In this document: in pieces, positions 32,168 through 42,454 of the stretch | How the letters are laid out: each line of letters starts with the position of its first letter | How positions within the stretch are numbered: position 1 is the stretch's first letter | Assembly: GCA_965263065.1 (NCBI GenBank) | Contig: CBDHGH010000003.1 | Span: 1,727,153-1,791,152, forward strand | Reading direction: 5' to 3' | DNA: 64,000 nucleotides | Origin: Dehalococcoidia bacterium | GTDB taxonomy: Bacteria; Chloroflexota; Dehalococcoidia; Bin125 | Translations under genes and position numbers: made by a program | Notes under the pieces: generated by a model | What the model was told of the DNA's origin: nothing | The model's database searches: none | What the model saw: only the letters and a program-made list of their open reading frames with translations

Positions 32168-32911
32168 CTACAGCGTCAGCCGGTAGGCGTTCGCGTCGAG
32201 CCAGCGACGGCAGGCCCGGTGCCGCGGGAAGCGGGCGTCGAGCTGCGACCAGAACGCCGCCGAGTGGTCGGGCTGGGTCAGGTGCAGCAGCTCATGCGCG
32301 ACCACCGCATCGAGCACCGCCGGCGGCGCCATCACCAGGCGCCAGTTGAAGCTCAGCCGCCCCTTCGACGAGCAACTCCCCCAGCACGTCGCCTGGTCCC
32401 GCACCGTCATCCGCCGCACCGGCCCGTCTGACGGCTGGAGCAGCCGCTCGACGCTGGCCAGCAGCGCCCGGCGCGCCTCGCCCCGGTACCAGTCCGTCAA
32501 GCGACGCCGCAGCGCCTCCTCGTCCGGCGTCTGCGGTAGGCGCACGCGCAACTCCGCGCGGGCCGGGTCCATCTCCACCGATGCCCGCTCGGCCGTCGTG
32601 ATCGATAGCCGCAGCCACTGCCCGCGATACGGCAGCGCCGTGCCCGGCCCCAGCGTCAGACGGCGACCCGCCCGCAGGATCGCCGTCGCGTGGCGGTCCA
32701 GCCAGGCCTGCTGCTCGGCCAGCACGGCCTTCGCCTCACGCGCCGCGACGCCGACCGGCAGCACGACTTCAAGGCCCCGTCGCGGGTGGATATGGACCGC
32801 CGCCCGTCGCGCCCGCGTCGAGCGGCGCAGCCGGTACGGCACGGCCTGCCCGCCCACGCGCACCGCCCCGGCCGGCTCGACACCGGTCGCGGGCTCGCTG
32901 ACGCTCGGCAT
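32168..32911 (-). CDS. DUF45/YgjP-like (M48/WLM-type) metal-dependent hydrolase
   Basis: VVAHELLHLTQPDHSAAFW motif near the C-terminus. 247 aa. Confidence 0.7.
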   Translation of the reverse strand: MPSVSEPATGVEPAGAVRVGGQAVPYRLRRSTRARRAAVHIHPRRGLEVVLPVGVAAREAKAVLAEQQAWLDRHATAILRAGRRLTLGPGTALPYRGQWLRLSITTAERASVEMDPARAELRVRLPQTPDEEALRRRLTDWYRGEARRALLASVERLLQPSDGPVRRMTVRDQATCWGSCSSKGRLSFNWRLVMAPPAVLDAVVAHELLHLTQPDHSAAFWSQLDARFPRHRACRRWLDANAYRLTL

Positions 32912-33005
32912 GCGTGGCTCCCTGCCGCCGGCCTGCGCCGATCGTAGCGCCGCCGTCCGTTTCGCGGACGGCGGCGCACGTCCGGGCGCGGGGCGATGGG
33001 CGGGC

Positions 33006-33515
33006 TCAGTCGGCCCCGGAGGGCAGCAGCTCCACGGGGTCGCCGGGGCGCAGTTGCCCCGTCTGCACGACGCGCGCGTAGACCCGGCTGCGGCCCGGGT
33101 GCTGATCCTGCGAGATGTGCAGCGGGTCGCCGTCGCGGAAGTACTTCGCGACGTGCCCGCAGGGCGTCGTGTAGCGCGTGACCTCCACCAGCACCGACTC
33201 CCCCAGCCGCAGCCGCGAGCCGGGCGCCAGTTGCGCCCAGTCGAGCCCGCGCAGGGTCATGTTCTCGCCCGTGTCGCCCGGCCCGATCGGATGCCCCTCC
33301 GACTGCAGCGCCTCGATCACCTCCGCCGAGAACAGGCACAGCGCCCGGTCCCGTCCGCCGTGCGCCTTCGTGTTGCGCTGCCGGTCGACGCTGATGCCCA
33401 GCTCGGTCACCTCCGCGATGTCGAGCGGGGTCTTCGGCACCCCGCCGTCGGAGGCGTTGATCTGGAGGATGCTGGCGGTCGCGGTCGCGGTACTCGTCAT
33501 CTCGGAAGTCCTCAC
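33006..33515 (-). CDS. MOSC domain protein
   Basis: ...GGRDRALCLFSAEVIEAL...GENMTLRGLDW...VEVTRYTTPC. 169 aa. Confidence 0.7.
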   Translation of the reverse strand: MRTSEMTSTATATASILQINASDGGVPKTPLDIAEVTELGISVDRQRNTKAHGGRDRALCLFSAEVIEALQSEGHPIGPGDTGENMTLRGLDWAQLAPGSRLRLGESVLVEVTRYTTPCGHVAKYFRDGDPLHISQDQHPGRSRVYARVVQTGQLRPGDPVELLPSGAD

Positions 33516-33736
33516 GTCGGTCGTCGTGGCCTGCGGTCTGCGCCAAGAATAGCGGGTCGCGTCGCAGCCGCGCCCCCTCGGCCGACACTTCCGCCAGAAT
33601 GAGAACTGATGTACTATGCGGCCATTGCGGGCGCCTTCGGTGGCCCCGATACTGCCGGGAGTGGGAGGGCTCCGTGGAGAAGCAGGCTCCTGGGACGCAC
33701 GACCGCACGGAGGCCACGCTCGCTGAGTGGGTCCAG

Positions 33737-34672
33737 ATGTTCCCGAACCGTGCCGGCCGGCCGCCGGTGCAGGACGATGCCCGACCGGGAGTTGGCGGTG
33801 TGGACTCCTACACGCGGGTTGACGGGCGCCGCGGCCGTCATTTCACGTCCATTGATGGCTCCCTGCTGCTGTGCGGCGATGCGAGGCAGTTGCTTGAGCT
33901 GCTCCCGAAAGATTCCGTCCAAACCGTCGTCACGTCGCCGCCCTACTGGTCTCTTCGCGACTACAAGGCGGAGGGCCAAATTGGGCGGGACGACAGCCTC
34001 TCGGAGTATGTGGACAGCATCGTCGGCGCCTTCGAAGAGTTGAAGCGCGTCCTTCGCGGTGATGGAACTGTGTGGCTCAACGTCGGCGACGCCTTCACCT
34101 CTGGCAACCGGCGCTATCGCGCACCGGACAGGAAGAACCGCGCCCGTGCGATGAGCGTTCGACCGCCAACACCGGACGGCCTCAAGCCGAAGGATCTCAT
34201 CGGCTTGCCATGGCGGCTGGCCTTCGGGCTCCAAGACGCCGGCTGGTGGGTTCGTTCGGAGGTGATCTGGAATAAGCCCAACGCGCACCCGGAGTCGGTG
34301 AGGGACCGCCCCACGAAGGCACATGAGACGCTGTTTCTGCTGTCGAAGAGTCAGAACTACCACTACGACGTTCAAGCGGTGCAGGGACCGAATGGGCGCA
34401 GGCTGCGAACCGTCTGGGACATACCAACCGAGCCAGGGCAGTGCCTCAACGGGGACGCGGGGGATCACCCGGCTCCGATGCCGCTGTCTCTCGCCCGGCG
34501 GTGCGTCTCGCTCACCAGCTCCGAGAACGGGGTTGTCCTCGACCCGTACGCCGGCTCGGGGACGACGCTGGTGGCGGCGCGGGAACTTGGCAGAAAGTGG
34601 GTTGGTATCGAGTTGAACCCGGCGTTCGTGGATCTGATCGAGCATCGGATGGGCGTCGATGAACCTGGATGA
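33737..34672 (+). CDS. beta-class DNA methyltransferase (N4-C/N6-A family; SPPY motif suggests m4C)
   Basis: Motif IV VVTSPPYW comes before motif I LDPYAGSGTT. Lower-GC region. The ORF is open from 33599, so the start is uncertain. Confidence 0.8.
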   Translation: MFPNRAGRPPVQDDARPGVGGVDSYTRVDGRRGRHFTSIDGSLLLCGDARQLLELLPKDSVQTVVTSPPYWSLRDYKAEGQIGRDDSLSEYVDSIVGAFEELKRVLRGDGTVWLNVGDAFTSGNRRYRAPDRKNRARAMSVRPPTPDGLKPKDLIGLPWRLAFGLQDAGWWVRSEVIWNKPNAHPESVRDRPTKAHETLFLLSKSQNYHYDVQAVQGPNGRRLRTVWDIPTEPGQCLNGDAGDHPAPMPLSLARRCVSLTSSENGVVLDPYAGSGTTLVAARELGRKWVGIELNPAFVDLIEHRMGVDEPG

Positions 34673-35414
34673 GCTCAAAGCAGAGATCGACAAGCTCTCG
34701 CCGGTCAAGATCGCGTTCGTTGTGAACGTTGTCGAATCTCTCTCGAATCCCCCTCGCGCCGACATCCACGCACAAGACACGTGGATCACCGGATCGCCGG
34801 AATGGATGGAGTATTTCGGGCTGGCACTGTCCGTCCATCATGCCGCGACGATGGAGCCCCTACAACTCACGGCCTTCGAGACGGTGTTCCGCAACGCCTG
34901 CACGGCTGCGGGATGGTCGGCCGATGCACCCGGATCAGCGACTCAGAGATTCCTGGATATGACGGTCACCCCTGGCGATAGAGTGTCGCGACGCTTGTCT
35001 CTCAAATCCACCGCTGCGAAGAGCCTTCGCAAGACGACCGCCCACATCTCAAAGCTGACTGAGGCCGCGTGGGTTCAAGACGTGAGAACACCGACCGCTC
35101 GTCGCACGGCCATGAGGCAACTGTTCCAGGAGTACGCCGAGGCTGTGGATTCGATCGTGATGCTGCGAGCGTTCCGCGATGGCATCTCCATAGCCCGGTA
35201 CCAGCTCGTCGAGATTCCGGTGGCCCTCTTCGGCTCGGTGCACACCGCGCCGCTCTCCGACTTCCAGTCCGACGCTCCGCTCATCGAGTGCATGCGTGAT
35301 GGCGCGCGAGTCGCGACGGTCGCGGTTGACCGCTCCGATGCGAAGATCACCGTCCGCAATATCCGGCTGTCGGCGTGTGTCGTGCACGCTGAGTGGACCA
35401 GGACGGCCCGATGA
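34659..35414 (+). CDS. candidate type II restriction endonuclease (by position only)
   Basis: 251-aa ORF overlapping the MTase end by 14 nt, with the same lower GC. No recognisable family. A possible D...SLK element is weak. Confidence 0.4.
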   Translation: MNLDELKAEIDKLSPVKIAFVVNVVESLSNPPRADIHAQDTWITGSPEWMEYFGLALSVHHAATMEPLQLTAFETVFRNACTAAGWSADAPGSATQRFLDMTVTPGDRVSRRLSLKSTAAKSLRKTTAHISKLTEAAWVQDVRTPTARRTAMRQLFQEYAEAVDSIVMLRAFRDGISIARYQLVEIPVALFGSVHTAPLSDFQSDAPLIECMRDGARVATVAVDRSDAKITVRNIRLSACVVHAEWTRTAR

Positions 35415-35491
35415 GCGACAGGAAGCTGGGCCGTCCACCGCACCCGCCGCCTCCCTATACTGCCCACAAGACGCGACCCCAGGAGCCCGCC

Positions 35492-36598
35492 ATGCCTACC
35501 GACCCCACCCTCCCCGACCGCATGGCCGACGTCGCCGCCGAGTTCCTCGCCGCCCTCGACGGCCGGGGCCGCGCCGCCGCCCAGATCCCCTTCACGCCCG
35601 AGGACGAGCGCACGCGCTGGTTCTACACCCCCATCCTGCGCGCCGGCCTGCCCCTGCGCGACATGGACCCGGGCCAGCAGCGCCACGCGCACCGGCTGCT
35701 GGCGCTGGGGCTGTCGGCGCCGGGCTACGTCACCGCCTCGACGATCATGGGGTTGGAGAACGCCCTCGACGCCGAGGAGGGCTTCATCCGCGACTGGTAC
35801 CCCGGCCGCGGCCGCGACCCCCAGATGTACTACCTGAGCGTCTTCGGCGACCCCGGCCCCGGCGCCTGGGGCTGGCGCTTCGAGGGCCACCACGTCAGCG
35901 TCCACTACACGATCGTCGACGGCGTCATCGCGACCCCGACGCCGCTCTTCTTCGGCGCCGACCCGGCCGAGTCGGCGCTGCTCGGCGCCGCCGCGCTGCG
36001 CCCGCTGGCCGGCGCGACCGACCTCGCCCGCGAGGTCATGCACGCCCTCGACGAGGAGCAGCGCGCCGCCGCCACGCTCTCCCCCGTCGCCCCGCACGAC
36101 ATCATGCTCACGAATCACTCCCGCATTGAGGAGGGGCTGCTGCCCCGGCCGACCTTCGCGATGATGGACGGCGAGGTCACCGCCGAGCGCCTGCGCCGCG
36201 ACGAGGAGGCGCGCCGCGCCATGGGCCTGACCCCCGAACTCGAGGACGCCCTCGTCTACCGTGCGCAGCCGCGCGGCCTGCCCGTCGCCGGCATGACGCT
36301 GGCCCAGCGCGACATCGTCGAGGAGCTGATCGGCCAGTACGTCGGCCGCCTGCCCGACGCGCTGGCCGCCATCGAGTCGGCCCGGCTGACCGGCGACGCC
36401 ATCGACGCCGTCCACTTCGGCTGGGCCGGCGAGCTCGAGCCCCGTCGTCCGCACTACTACCGGCTGCACGCGCCGCGCTTCCTCGTCGAGTACGACTGCG
36501 TGCAGCGCGGCGCCAACCACATCCACTCCGTCTGGCGCGACCCCGAGGCCGACTTCGGCCGCGACGTGCTCGCCCGTCACTATGCTGCTTCACACTGA
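35492..36598 (+). CDS. DUF3500 domain protein
   Basis: AGGAGC RBS. ...WGWRFEGHHVSVHYTIVDG... and HYYRLHAPRFLVEYD are typical of DUF3500. Confidence 0.65.
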   Translation: MPTDPTLPDRMADVAAEFLAALDGRGRAAAQIPFTPEDERTRWFYTPILRAGLPLRDMDPGQQRHAHRLLALGLSAPGYVTASTIMGLENALDAEEGFIRDWYPGRGRDPQMYYLSVFGDPGPGAWGWRFEGHHVSVHYTIVDGVIATPTPLFFGADPAESALLGAAALRPLAGATDLAREVMHALDEEQRAAATLSPVAPHDIMLTNHSRIEEGLLPRPTFAMMDGEVTAERLRRDEEARRAMGLTPELEDALVYRAQPRGLPVAGMTLAQRDIVEELIGQYVGRLPDALAAIESARLTGDAIDAVHFGWAGELEPRRPHYYRLHAPRFLVEYDCVQRGANHIHSVWRDPEADFGRDVLARHYAASH

Positions 36599-36670
36599 GG
36601 TCACCCGATCCCGATCCCGCCGCGTTAGACTGGATGTAGCGGGGTGGCGGCCGCACGAAGGGATACGCGC

Positions 36671-38272
36671 GTGCCTCGCAACCTGATCCGATCGCATCTC
36701 CTCATCCTCTGGATCGCGCTCTTCGCTGCGGCGTCCGTCATGGTCGCCTGCAGCGGCGACGACGATGAGCCCGAGCCCCCGGCCCCGCCCGCCGCCGCCG
36801 AACAGTCGGCCGACGCCGATGACACCGACGCCGACGCCGAGGCCGCCGCCGAGCCCGAGCAGCGCGCCGTCGCGCAGACCCAGGCCGACGAGCAGGCCGA
36901 TGAGCCGGCCGAGGAGGACGCGGCCGAGCAAGCCGAAGAAGACGCCGCCGAGCAGGTGGCGGAGGAAGACACCGCCGAGGAACAGGCCGTCGAGCAGGCC
37001 GCCGAGCAGGCCGAGGAACAGGCTGCCGAGCAGGCCGAGGAACAGGCTGCCGAGCAAGCCGCCGAGCAGGCCGAGGAACAGGCTGCCGAGCAAGCCGCCG
37101 CCGCCGCCGCCGCTGAGCAGGCCGCCGAGGAAGAGGAACAGGCCGCCGAGCAGGCCGAGGAACAGGCTGCTGAGCAGGCCGCCGCCGCCGCCGCTGAGCA
37201 GGCCGCCGAGGAAGAGGAACAGGCCGCCGAGCAGGCCGAGGAGCAGGCCGAGGAACAAGCCGCCCCCGAACCGGCCGACGAGGAGGACACGCCCGACGAC
37301 GCGGCTGAAGAAGAGGTGGCCGATGAGACCATGGACGACGAACCGCTCATCACCGGACCGCTCGGCGACTACGCCCCCGTCGACGACTTCCGCTTCAAGG
37401 CGGTGGTCAAGCTCGACGTCACGCCCAACACCTCCGGTGGCGAGACCGAGATTCTGATGGCTATTGGCGACATAACGGTAGAGGGCGCGTACCTCGCCTC
37501 CGGCGACCACGAGATCGCCATCTCGCTCGGCGAGTCGGCCTTCAGCCAGACCATCGGCATCGTCAGCATCGGCGACACCGTCTACACCAACCTCGGCTTC
37601 GGCTGGGAATCGGCGCAGGGCAGCACCGGCGCCCTCGTCGATGGCATCGCCGGCGACCTCCTGGGCGTCGGCGGTCTCGTTGGCGGCCTCGACCTCCAGG
37701 GCCTGGTCGCCGGCGGCGACCTCGGCATCCTGCTGACCCTGCTGCCGTACGAGACTTGGGACGACGGCGGCGCCGAGACCCTCGACTCGGGCCCCGCCCG
37801 CATCTACTCGACCCAGCACGATGACCTCGCCGGCTTCTTCGCGAGCATCGGCGATGCCCTCCTCGGGGGCCTCGCCTTCGGCATGGACGGTGGGCCGCCC
37901 GCGGAGAACGGCGGGGCGCCCGTGGAGAACGGCGTGGCGATCCCCCCGGAGCTGCTGGCCGAACTCGGCGAGCTCGATTCGATCGAACTCACCCTCTGGA
38001 TCGACGAGGCCACCGGGATCGTCGCCCGCCTCGACCTGGCCATCGCCGGGCTCGTGCTCAAGGAGTTCGCGGGCCCCGGCGCCGACCTCTCCATCGGCGC
38101 CCTCTCGCTCGTGCTCGACACGTCGCCCGAGTTCGGCGTCATCACGAGCCTTGTGATCGCCATCGATGGCCTCGACATGCCTGGCCCGGACGGGATGAGC
38201 GGCGCCGTCGCCATCACCCTTGAAGTCACCGACGTCAACTCCGGCGAGGTGGTTATCGAGCCGCCGATCTAG
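36671..38272 (+). CDS. lipoprotein with a long acidic (AEQ/AEE)n linker and a C-terminal globular domain
   Basis: Signal plus lipobox [19 protein letters not shown], followed by an Ala/Glu/Gln low-complexity run of about 170 aa. The ORF track starts at 36644. Confidence 0.6.
   Translation: MPRNLIRSHLLILWIALFAAASVMVACSGDDDEPEPPAPPAAAEQSADADDTDADAEAAAEPEQRAVAQTQADEQADEPAEEDAAEQAEEDAAEQVAEEDTAEEQAVEQAAEQAEEQAAEQAEEQAAEQAAEQAEEQAAEQAAAAAAAEQAAEEEEQAAEQAEEQAAEQAAAAAAEQAAEEEEQAAEQAEEQAEEQAAPEPADEEDTPDDAAEEEVADETMDDEPLITGPLGDYAPVDDFRFKAVVKLDVTPNTSGGETEILMAIGDITVEGAYLASGDHEIAISLGESAFSQTIGIVSIGDTVYTNLGFGWESAQGSTGALVDGIAGDLLGVGGLVGGLDLQGLVAGGDLGILLTLLPYETWDDGGAETLDSGPARIYSTQHDDLAGFFASIGDALLGGLAFGMDGGPPAENGGAPVENGVAIPPELLAELGELDSIELTLWIDEATGIVARLDLAIAGLVLKEFAGPGADLSIGALSLVLDTSPEFGVITSLVIAIDGLDMPGPDGMSGAVAITLEVTDVNSGEVVIEPPI
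36900..37260 (+). repeat. in-frame imperfect tandem repeats (GCCGAGCAGGCCGAGGAACAGGCT-like units)
   Basis: Encodes reiterated [12 protein letters not shown] units within the lipoprotein gene. Confidence 0.7.
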
Positions 38273-38307
38273 CCGCCCCCGGCGCGACGGCCCAGCACGG
38301 AGACGCC

Positions 38308-39837
38308 GTGTCCGACACCATCCGCCGCCTGCTCGACGCCGCCGATACCGCGGCCCCGGCCATCGGCGCGCCCGACCGCGACGACCTCGCCTACGCCGAT
38401 CTGCGCGCCCTCATCGACCGCACCGTCGCCGATCTCAACGGCTTCGGCATCGGACGCGGCGACGCCGTCGCCATCGTGCTGCCCAACGGACCCGAGATGG
38501 CCGCCGCCTTCCTCGGGGTCGCCTGCGCCGCGACGGCCGCCCCGCTCAACCCCGCCTACCGCCCCGACGAGTTCGAGTTCTACCTGGCCGACCTCGAGGC
38601 CCGCGCCGTCGTCGTGCAGGCCGGCGACGACTCCCCCGTTCGCGATGTCGCCGCACGGCTCGGCCTCCCCCTGATCGAACTGGAGCCCCGGCCCGACGGC
38701 CCCGCCGGCGACTTCCGCCTGCGCTCTGATCTGCGCGCCGACCCCGCCCGCCCCGGCCCCGCGCAGCCCGACGACGTCGCCCTCGTGCTGCACACCTCGG
38801 GCACGACCTCGCGGCCCAAGATCGTGCCGCTCAGCCATCGCAACGTCTGCGCCTCGGCCCGCCACATCGGCGACACCCTCGCCCTCGGCCGCCACGACCG
38901 CTGCCTCAACGTCATGCCGCTGTTCCACATCCACGGCCTGATCGCGGCCGTGCTCGCGACCGTCGCCGCGGGGGCCAGCGTCGTTTGCGCGCCGGGCTTC
39001 AACGCGCTGCGCTTCTTCGCCTGGCTCGCGGCCGTCGAGCCCAGTTGGTATACCGCCGTGCCGACGATGCATCAGGCCATCCTGACGCGCGCCGCCCGCA
39101 ACGCCGCCGCCCGCGTTGCCGTCACTCATGGGGGCGCCCGCCTGCGCTTCATCCGCTCCTCCTCCGCTTCCCTGCCCCCCTCCGTCATGGCCGACCTGGA
39201 AGCGGCCTTCGGCGCGCCCGTCATCGAGTCGTACGGCATGACCGAGGCCGCCCACCAGATGACCTCGAACCCCCTGCCGCCGCGAGCGCGCAAGCCCGGC
39301 AGCGTCGGCGTCGCGGCGGGCCCCGATGTCGCCATCATGGACGCCGCCGGCGCCTTGCTCCCCCTCGGCGCGACCGGCGAGATCGTGATCCGCGGCCCCA
39401 ACGTCACGACCGGCTACGCCCGCAACCCCGAGGCCAACGCCACGGCCTACCACGACGGCTGGTTCCGCACCGGCGACCAGGGCCTCTTCGACGACGACGG
39501 CTACCTGCGCATCACGGGCCGGCTCAAGGAGATCATCAACCGCGGCGGCGAGAAGATCAGCCCGCGCGAGATCGACGAGGTGCTGCTGGCCCACCCCGAT
39601 GTCGTGCAGGCCGTCGCCTTCGCCGTCCCCCACGACGCCCTCGGCGAGGAGGTCGCCGCCGCCGTCGTGCTGCGCTCCGGCGCGACCGCCACGCCCCGCG
39701 ACATCCGCGCGCACGCCGCCGCCCGCGTCGCCCCGTTTAAGGTGCCCCGCACCGTCCTCATCGTCGACGAGATCCCCAAGGGGCCGACCGGCAAGCTGCA
39801 GCGCATCGGCCTGGCCGCGAAGCTCGGCCTGGCGTGA
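38308..39837 (+). CDS. AMP-dependent acyl-CoA synthetase (oxalate-CoA ligase-like)
   Basis: [20 protein letters not shown]-binding motif, GWFRTGDQG, and GKLQR at the C-terminus. Confidence 0.8.
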   Translation: MSDTIRRLLDAADTAAPAIGAPDRDDLAYADLRALIDRTVADLNGFGIGRGDAVAIVLPNGPEMAAAFLGVACAATAAPLNPAYRPDEFEFYLADLEARAVVVQAGDDSPVRDVAARLGLPLIELEPRPDGPAGDFRLRSDLRADPARPGPAQPDDVALVLHTSGTTSRPKIVPLSHRNVCASARHIGDTLALGRHDRCLNVMPLFHIHGLIAAVLATVAAGASVVCAPGFNALRFFAWLAAVEPSWYTAVPTMHQAILTRAARNAAARVAVTHGGARLRFIRSSSASLPPSVMADLEAAFGAPVIESYGMTEAAHQMTSNPLPPRARKPGSVGVAAGPDVAIMDAAGALLPLGATGEIVIRGPNVTTGYARNPEANATAYHDGWFRTGDQGLFDDDGYLRITGRLKEIINRGGEKISPREIDEVLLAHPDVVQAVAFAVPHDALGEEVAAAVVLRSGATATPRDIRAHAAARVAPFKVPRTVLIVDEIPKGPTGKLQRIGLAAKLGLA

Positions 39838-40826
39838 CCCGCGTCGCGATCTACGGCGCCGGCGCGATCGGCGGCTACATCGGCGCGCTGCTGCATCGCG
39901 CCGGCGCCGATGTCACGCTCATCGCCCGCGGCCCGCACCTCGCCGCCATCCGCGACCACGGCCTGCGCCTCGACCTCGCCGATGAGACGCTCGTCGTCCA
40001 TCCCCCCGCCAGCGACGACCCCGCCGACGCCGGCGAGCAGGACTACGTCTTCGTCACCGTCAAGGCGCACGCTGCCCCCGCCCTCGCCGGGCCGATGCAG
40101 CCGATGCTGGGGCCCGAGACCGCCGTCGTCACCGCGATGAACGGCATCCCCTGGTGGTACTTCCACGGCCTCGACGGCCACCACCGCGATCGCCGCTTGC
40201 CCCTACTCGACCCCGGCGACGTCCAGTGGCGCGGCATCGGCCCCGAGCGCGTGATCGGCTGCGTCGCCTGGCAGTCCGCCGCCATCGCCGCGCCCGGCCA
40301 CATCGCGCACCTGCACGGCGACCGCCTCGCGCTCGGCGAGCCGCTCGGCCCCGACCGCGACCAGGCCCGCGTGCGGCGGCTCGCCGCGCTCCTCCGCGAG
40401 GCCGGCATCCGCGCCCCCGTCGCCCGCGACATCCGCACCGAGATCTGGCTCAAGCTGTGGGGCAACCTCAGCTTCAACCCCGTCAGCGTCCTCACCGGCC
40501 TCACCCTCGAAGGCATCGCCCGCGACCCCGACGCCCGCGCCGTCGTCGCCGCCATGATGGAGGAGGGGCGCGCCGTCGCGACGGCCCTCGGCGTGCGCCT
40601 GCGCATGTCCCTCGACGAGCGCATCGCCGTCGCCGAGCGCGTCGGCCCGCACCGCACCAGCATGCTCCAGGACCTCGAGTCGGGCCGCCCGATGGAGATC
40701 GACGCCCTCGTCGGCGTCGTCGCCGAGTTGGGCCGCATCACCGGCGTCGCCACCCCCACCATCGACCACGTCCGCGCCCTCGTCGTCGCGCGGGCGCGCG
40801 CCGCCGGCTGCTACCCGCCCGCCTGA
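39834..40826 (+). CDS. ketopantoate reductase family oxidoreductase (PanE/ApbA-like)
   Basis: GTGA overlap with the upstream gene. [17 protein letters not shown] Rossmann motif. [17 protein letters not shown]. Confidence 0.75.
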   Translation: MTRVAIYGAGAIGGYIGALLHRAGADVTLIARGPHLAAIRDHGLRLDLADETLVVHPPASDDPADAGEQDYVFVTVKAHAAPALAGPMQPMLGPETAVVTAMNGIPWWYFHGLDGHHRDRRLPLLDPGDVQWRGIGPERVIGCVAWQSAAIAAPGHIAHLHGDRLALGEPLGPDRDQARVRRLAALLREAGIRAPVARDIRTEIWLKLWGNLSFNPVSVLTGLTLEGIARDPDARAVVAAMMEEGRAVATALGVRLRMSLDERIAVAERVGPHRTSMLQDLESGRPMEIDALVGVVAELGRITGVATPTIDHVRALVVARARAAGCYPPA

Positions 40827-40860
40827 GCGCCCCACCCGGCGGGCAGATTCGGAGGCCCCC

Positions 40861-41082
40861 ATGTGCCGCAGCATCAAGACCCTGCGCGACGCCGATCGCC
40901 CCATCGCCGACGCCGAGATCGAGGCCGCCGCCCTCCAATTCGTGCGCAAGGTCAGCGGCTACCGCGCCCCGTCGCGCGTCAACGCCCCCGCCTTCGACGC
41001 CGCCGTCGCCGAGGTCGCCCGCGCCACCCGTCGTATGCTCGACCAACTCCGAGACAACGCGGTCGCTGCTGGCCGCAGTTGA
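40861..41082 (+). CDS. DUF2277 domain protein
   Basis: MCRSIKTLRDADRPIADAEIEAAALQFVRKVSGY matches my recollection of the DUF2277 N-terminus. Confidence 0.65.
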   Translation: MCRSIKTLRDADRPIADAEIEAAALQFVRKVSGYRAPSRVNAPAFDAAVAEVARATRRMLDQLRDNAVAAGRS

Positions 41083-41521
41083 GCGCAGTCCGCGTCCGGC
41101 ATCACCGTCGACCTCCGCCGCGACGCCCTTTGACCGTCGGCAGCCGTGACGACCGCGGCGGCCGTCTGCTAAAGTGCTGGTGGAGCCGGGGACGTTACCC
41201 CCGACGATCCGGCAGGCCGCCTCCGATTAGCCATGGTGGCCCGCGACCGCCGCCCGAGGACGGGCGGCCCCACCAGCGCCCCCGACGATGCCGCCGGGGG
41301 CGTGTTGGCGTCTGCCCCCAAGCGCCGCTCGCCTGCGCGCGCTCCTCCGTCGAGCCGCCGCGCTGCCGCCGCTCCGGGAACCCCCCGCGCCGCTGCCGCG
41401 TTGATCGTTAAGGCTGTGATCGATCGGGCCGCCTGGGGCCGTCGCCGGCGGGGCTGCCGCATGGCCTCTGCCGATCCGGCGACGTACCGTTGACGTAAGG
41501 CAGCCGGAGGGAGGATCGGGC

Positions 41522-42427
41522 TTGACGGAGGAAGACTCCAGGCCGGAATCCAGCGGCGTGTGGAGCACCCTGGGCTTGGGCGTCGCTGTCATCCTTGCGG
41601 CGAGCGTCTGCTTCTTGGCGGCCTTCTTCATCACGGCCGACCGGCTCGACGACGGCGGGACCGCCGGCGCGCCGTCGCAGGTCGCCCCGCGATCGGGTGT
41701 CGCGCCCGCCGACGACGACGCCGGGGACGACGCCAGCGATCGCGCCGTGCCGATCAGCCCCGGCGCTCTCGCCGGCGCCCCCGAGCCGTCCCCCGGCGCC
41801 GCCGCCACCGGCGCCGGCGAGCTGTTCACCACCAGGGTGATGCCTGACTTCGACCCCGACACGCTGATCCACGGCGGCCCCGGCGAGCAGGGCGCCATCC
41901 TGGCCGGCCCCGGCATCGTCCGCAGCAGCGGCGCCGACCGTCGCACCGACTGGGAGCTGATCGTGCCCAGCGCCCAGATCCGCGCGTCCATCGCCAAAGT
42001 GGGCGTCACGCCCCGGAACCTGCTCGGCGCGCCTGACAACCCCGAGATCATCGGCTGGTGGGAGGATGGGCCCGCCCCCGGCGAGGACGGCAACGTGCTC
42101 ATGGACGGCCACCGCGACTACCGCGACATCTTCGAGAACGTCGGCTTCGGCGTCTGCTGGCTGCTCACCGAGACCCGCCCCGGCGACCTCATTATCGTCC
42201 GCGACATCAGCGACGGCCGGGCCTACGTCTACACGGTGAGCGAGATCCACAGCGTCGATTGGGACGACCCCAGCGGCGATCGCTTCCTGCGCAGCAGCGA
42301 CGACCCCATCCTCACGCTCGTCACCTGCGAGGGCGCCTTCGACGAAGAAAACCACAACTACTCGCAGCGGCGCGTCGTCGTCGCGGAGCTCAGCGACCGC
42401 GTCGCCCCGTCCGTCGGTGGTGGGTAG
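41522..42427 (+). CDS. sortase family protein
   Basis: TTG start after a GGAGGGAGG RBS. N-terminal TM segment. LMDGHRDY His motif and the ILTLVTCEG active-site Cys motif. Confidence 0.7.
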   Translation: MTEEDSRPESSGVWSTLGLGVAVILAASVCFLAAFFITADRLDDGGTAGAPSQVAPRSGVAPADDDAGDDASDRAVPISPGALAGAPEPSPGAAATGAGELFTTRVMPDFDPDTLIHGGPGEQGAILAGPGIVRSSGADRRTDWELIVPSAQIRASIAKVGVTPRNLLGAPDNPEIIGWWEDGPAPGEDGNVLMDGHRDYRDIFENVGFGVCWLLTETRPGDLIIVRDISDGRAYVYTVSEIHSVDWDDPSGDRFLRSSDDPILTLVTCEGAFDEENHNYSQRRVVVAELSDRVAPSVGGG

Positions 42428-42454
42428 CCGCGTCCGGCGACGTAAGCTGGGCCC

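Noticed and set aside
36900-37260. Tandem repeats considered as a possible CRISPR array or non-coding satellite.
   Set aside because: The units are contiguous with no unique spacers. They are in frame and encode a regular AEQ/AEE linker inside a lipoprotein gene.
41233-41493. 86-aa basic ORF upstream of the sortase gene considered as a possible sortase substrate or small regulator.
   Set aside because: It has no signal peptide and no LPXTG/LAXTG-like sorting motif. The composition is Arg/Ala/Pro-rich and codon usage drifts away from high GC3. It is probably non-coding.
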